NCBI GenBank assembly: GCA_014859105.1
Contig: JACUUX010000005.1
Location: 1,759-65,758 of the forward strand
Reading direction: 5' to 3'
Source of the DNA: Nitrospirota bacterium
Lineage (GTDB): Bacteria; Nitrospirota; Thermodesulfovibrionia; Thermodesulfovibrionales; SM23-35
Length of the DNA: 64,000 bases
Shown here: positions 61,748-64,000 of the stretch, in pieces
Numbering within the stretch: position 1 is the first letter of the stretch
Layout of the letters: the number at the start of each line of letters is the position of its first letter
The notes under the pieces: model-generated
Seen by the model: the letters and a program-made list of their open reading frames with translations, nothing else
What the model was told of the DNA's origin: nothing
Database searches by the model: none
Program-made: the position numbers and the translations under genes

Positions 61748-62673
61748 AATACCTCAATCCAGTTATTGAATAATTTTTCTCTTTTCTGCTCGAATAGATA
61801 ATAATATATTTCCCTCTCTACTTCTTCAATCGGTTTATGAAGCCCGGTTTTTCGGTCAATTAGATGCAAGATGTAAACACCGTCACTAACCCATACCGGA
61901 TCGCTTATCTCTCCTTTCTCCATAGAGAATACCTTTGTATCCAGGGGAGGTATCAACTCGCCTTTTGTAAATTCTCCCAATATTCCCTCCTGACTTTTTA
62001 GGGGCTCATCAGAATATTCATATACAAGCCTGTCAAAACTTTCTCCTTTTTTCAGCAAAGAAGCTATCTTCAGAGATCTGCGTTTCAATTCTGTAATTTC
62101 CGTAACAGAAGCGTCTTTTTCCACTCTGAGAAAAATTGCTCCTGCTACCACTGACACCGGAATTTTTATATAATTTTTTTTATTTTCACTGTAAAAAGCT
62201 TCAATTTCATCATCATTTATTACAACTTTTGAATCCATGTAAATATTGATAAGTTTTAAAGATATTATTTTATCTCTTGTAAGCCTCATGTAATCATTTA
62301 GATCCATTCCTTCTTCCCTGAGAAATTCTTCAAACTCCTCCTGAGACACTCCGTTTTCTTTTATGAACGCCCTCATCCATTCATCCACATCTTCATCGCT
62401 TACCTCTATCCCTTTACTTTTCGCCTCCTGAAGAATGATCCTTTCTTCTATCAGTCTTTTTAACAATGTCTCATCAACAACATCTTTATTTTCCATTTTT
62501 CCTGTATCTTCTATATTACCATCCATGCTTTTAACAAACTGTTTATAATCTGTCAGAGTTATCACATCATTGCCAACTGTGGCAATAACCCTGTCCACGG
62601 TGATAGCATAAGAAGGACATACTGCCAATGAATTTATCAAGAACATAAGGAACAGCGTAATATTGCGTATCAT
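61711..62673 (-). CDS. SurA/PpiD-like periplasmic chaperone-PPIase
   Basis: Signal peptide, SurA_N-like region (VDRVIATVGNDVITLTDY), and a parvulin-like segment. Start at ATG 62673. Confidence 0.65.
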   Translation of the reverse strand: MIRNITLFLMFLINSLAVCPSYAITVDRVIATVGNDVITLTDYKQFVKSMDGNIEDTGKMENKDVVDETLLKRLIEERIILQEAKSKGIEVSDEDVDEWMRAFIKENGVSQEEFEEFLREEGMDLNDYMRLTRDKIISLKLINIYMDSKVVINDDEIEAFYSENKKNYIKIPVSVVAGAIFLRVEKDASVTEITELKRRSLKIASLLKKGESFDRLVYEYSDEPLKSQEGILGEFTKGELIPPLDTKVFSMEKGEISDPVWVSDGVYILHLIDRKTGLHKPIEEVEREIYYYLFEQKREKLFNNWIEVLWEKASVKIQKD

Positions 62674-62687
62674 GTAACTTTTACTTT

Positions 62688-63416
62688 TCAAGCTGAACTT
62701 CTTAATTTCTCCAGAACCTTCTGTGCATCCTCCCAGGTCCGCCATTTATCTTTTGGGTTCCTGATTAAATAGGCAGGGTGAAATGTCGGCATCAAGAGAA
62801 TACCCTTGTAATCGAAAAATTTGCCACGTATTGATGTTATTTTTAACTTGGGATTTCCTGTAAGGGTTAGTGCTGCTATCCTGCCCAGGGCCATAATTAT
62901 TTTCGGCCTTATTATTTCTATCTGCCTTTCAAGAAAACTCCTGCATTTTTCTATCTCATCTGCTTCAGGCTCCCGATTCATAGGAGGTCTGCATTTAACT
63001 ATGTTTGCAATATATACATCCTCCCTCATGAATCCCATTTTTTCTATGAGCCTAGTGAGCAACATGCCTGCGTCTCCTACAAATGGTTTTGCCTGTAGGT
63101 CCTCTTGCTTACCGGGTGCCTCACCAATAAACATAAGATTTGCATCGGGATTGCCTTCTCCGAAAACTATATTTGTTCTTTGGATTGAAAGCTTGCACCT
63201 CCTGCAATCATTAATCTCTTCTCTCAGTGCTTTCAAGGCTGCCTCTTTAATCCCCCCACACCCCCCTTTAGAAAAGGGGGGTAAGGGGGGATTTTGGTTC
63301 AGAGATTTGACATCTGTAATTTGACTTTTGATTTTTAATTTTATCGGTAGATGTTCAAATCCTAATGCCTGATAAAATTCGAGAATGTTTTTTATTTGCT
63401 CAACAATACTTGCCAT
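62688..63416 (-). CDS. uracil-DNA glycosylase family 4 with an in-frame 45-nt palindrome
   Basis: CRRCKL, GEAPG, FHPAYLIRNP. Start at ATG 63416. Confidence 0.85.
   Translation of the reverse strand: MASIVEQIKNILEFYQALGFEHLPIKLKIKSQITDVKSLNQNPPLPPFSKGGCGGIKEAALKALREEINDCRRCKLSIQRTNIVFGEGNPDANLMFIGEAPGKQEDLQAKPFVGDAGMLLTRLIEKMGFMREDVYIANIVKCRPPMNREPEADEIEKCRSFLERQIEIIRPKIIMALGRIAALTLTGNPKLKITSIRGKFFDYKGILLMPTFHPAYLIRNPKDKWRTWEDAQKVLEKLRSSA
63249..63293. repeat. 45-nt G6/C6 palindrome inside the UDG frame
   Basis: AATCCCCCCACACCCCCCTTTAGAAAAGGGGGGTAAGGGGGGATT; encodes [15 protein letters not shown]. Confidence 0.85.
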
Positions 63417-63464
63417 TCTTAATTTTGAATTTTGAGTTTGAATTTTGAATTTCAAATTTTTTTA

Positions 63465-64000
63465 TTATCGTTCCCCCCACTTTAATTTTGTTCTGAGAAT
63501 TTTGAAATAATCTCTCTCGCAAGGAACGAAAAGTTTTGTTTTGAATTTGGATTTCTTTACTTCAACAACATCATCCTGTTTTAAAGAAAAACCGACCTGC
63601 CCGTCGAGTGTAAGAAAAACATCTTCATTATGTGACTTCAGGATTATTTCTACCAATATGTTGTCAGGCATTATTATTGGCCTGTTTGTCAGGGTATGGG
63701 GACAGATTGGTGCTATTCCTATACTGTTGAGCGTTGGGTAGAGAATGGGACCTCCTGCAGAGAGGGCATAAGCCGTCGAACCTGTTGGAGTTGAAACTAT
63801 AAGCCCGTCAGCTTTAAATGTAGCGACATAAATATGGTTTATATAAGTCTCAAGGTCAATTATCCTTGCAAGTGCCCCTTTATTTACTACAACATCATTC
63901 ATTACAACAAATTCAGCAATACATTCACTATGTCTGAAAACACATGCTGTAAGCATAATCCGTTCTTCAATAGAACATTCACCGGCAAGCACTTTTTCAA
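63465..64000 (-). CDS. nadK: NAD kinase (partial; N-terminus lies beyond the window)
   Basis: NDVVV.KG, ADGLIVSTPTGSTAY, PICPH. The frame is open to the window edge. Confidence 0.85.
   Translation of the reverse strand, partial: EKVLAGECSIEERIMLTACVFRHSECIAEFVVMNDVVVNKGALARIIDLETYINHIYVATFKADGLIVSTPTGSTAYALSAGGPILYPTLNSIGIAPICPHTLTNRPIIMPDNILVEIILKSHNEDVFLTLDGQVGFSLKQDDVVEVKKSKFKTKLFVPCERDYFKILRTKLKWGER

Noticed and set aside
62821-63324. 167-aa ORF antisense to the UDG gene containing [14 protein letters not shown]
   Set aside because: The apparent motif is just the palindromic 45-nt repeat read on the other strand, and the UDG frame carries the real family motifs.
63417-63464. A/T-rich iterated AATTTTGA words between nadK and udg
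   Set aside because: This is a short low-complexity spacer, probably promoter or UP-element-like DNA. It is too short and degenerate to call a repeat family or operator.

Overview
AT-rich (GC looks like the high 30s % by eye) bacterial chromosomal segment, densely coded and mostly housekeeping. The dispersed repeat families suggest an anaerobic Nitrospirota- or Deltaproteobacteria-like lineage, but that is low-confidence inference. Recognisable genes include mutS2, rarA, an AttH-like lipoprotein with a MacB/FtsX-type ABC exporter, a PLD-type cardiolipin synthase, pepA, nifS-nifU, a perR-catalase-peroxiredoxin block, a P-type cation ATPase, a two-subunit biotin carboxylase (PycAB-like) and leuC-like. 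Also present are ridA, der, glnA, a CDF transporter, tgt, a sigma-54-EBP-like regulator, the MMS operon (rpsU, a yqeY remnant, dnaG, rpoD), tRNA(CAU) and RNase P RNA. The rest comprises a LysR regulator, a GH57 branching enzyme, lptFG, an rbp/S21-paralog/infC/second-rpoD cluster, ybgA-like, tRNA-Ala(GGC), acpS, argB, fmdE-like, cstA, a SurA-like PPIase, a family-4 UDG and partial nadK. Five points deserve a second look. (1) The peroxiredoxin has an in-frame TGA exactly at the peroxidatic-Cys codon, so it is a candidate selenoprotein. (2) At least three families of short palindromic, MITE-like elements sit in frame inside four conserved genes (ADH, P-type ATPase twice, Tgt, UDG), resembling Rickettsia palindromic elements. 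(3) Several intergenic palindromic repeat families occur, with compensatory stem changes, a nested insertion, and one copy with clear TIRs plus a direct-repeat flank. (4) A second translation/transcription-initiation cluster (RRM protein, S21 paralog with no canonical start codon, GC-richer IF3, second RpoD-like sigma) mirrors the MMS operon. (5) Several decayed genes and degenerate motifs are present. No CRISPR array, rRNA, intact transposase or prophage was seen.
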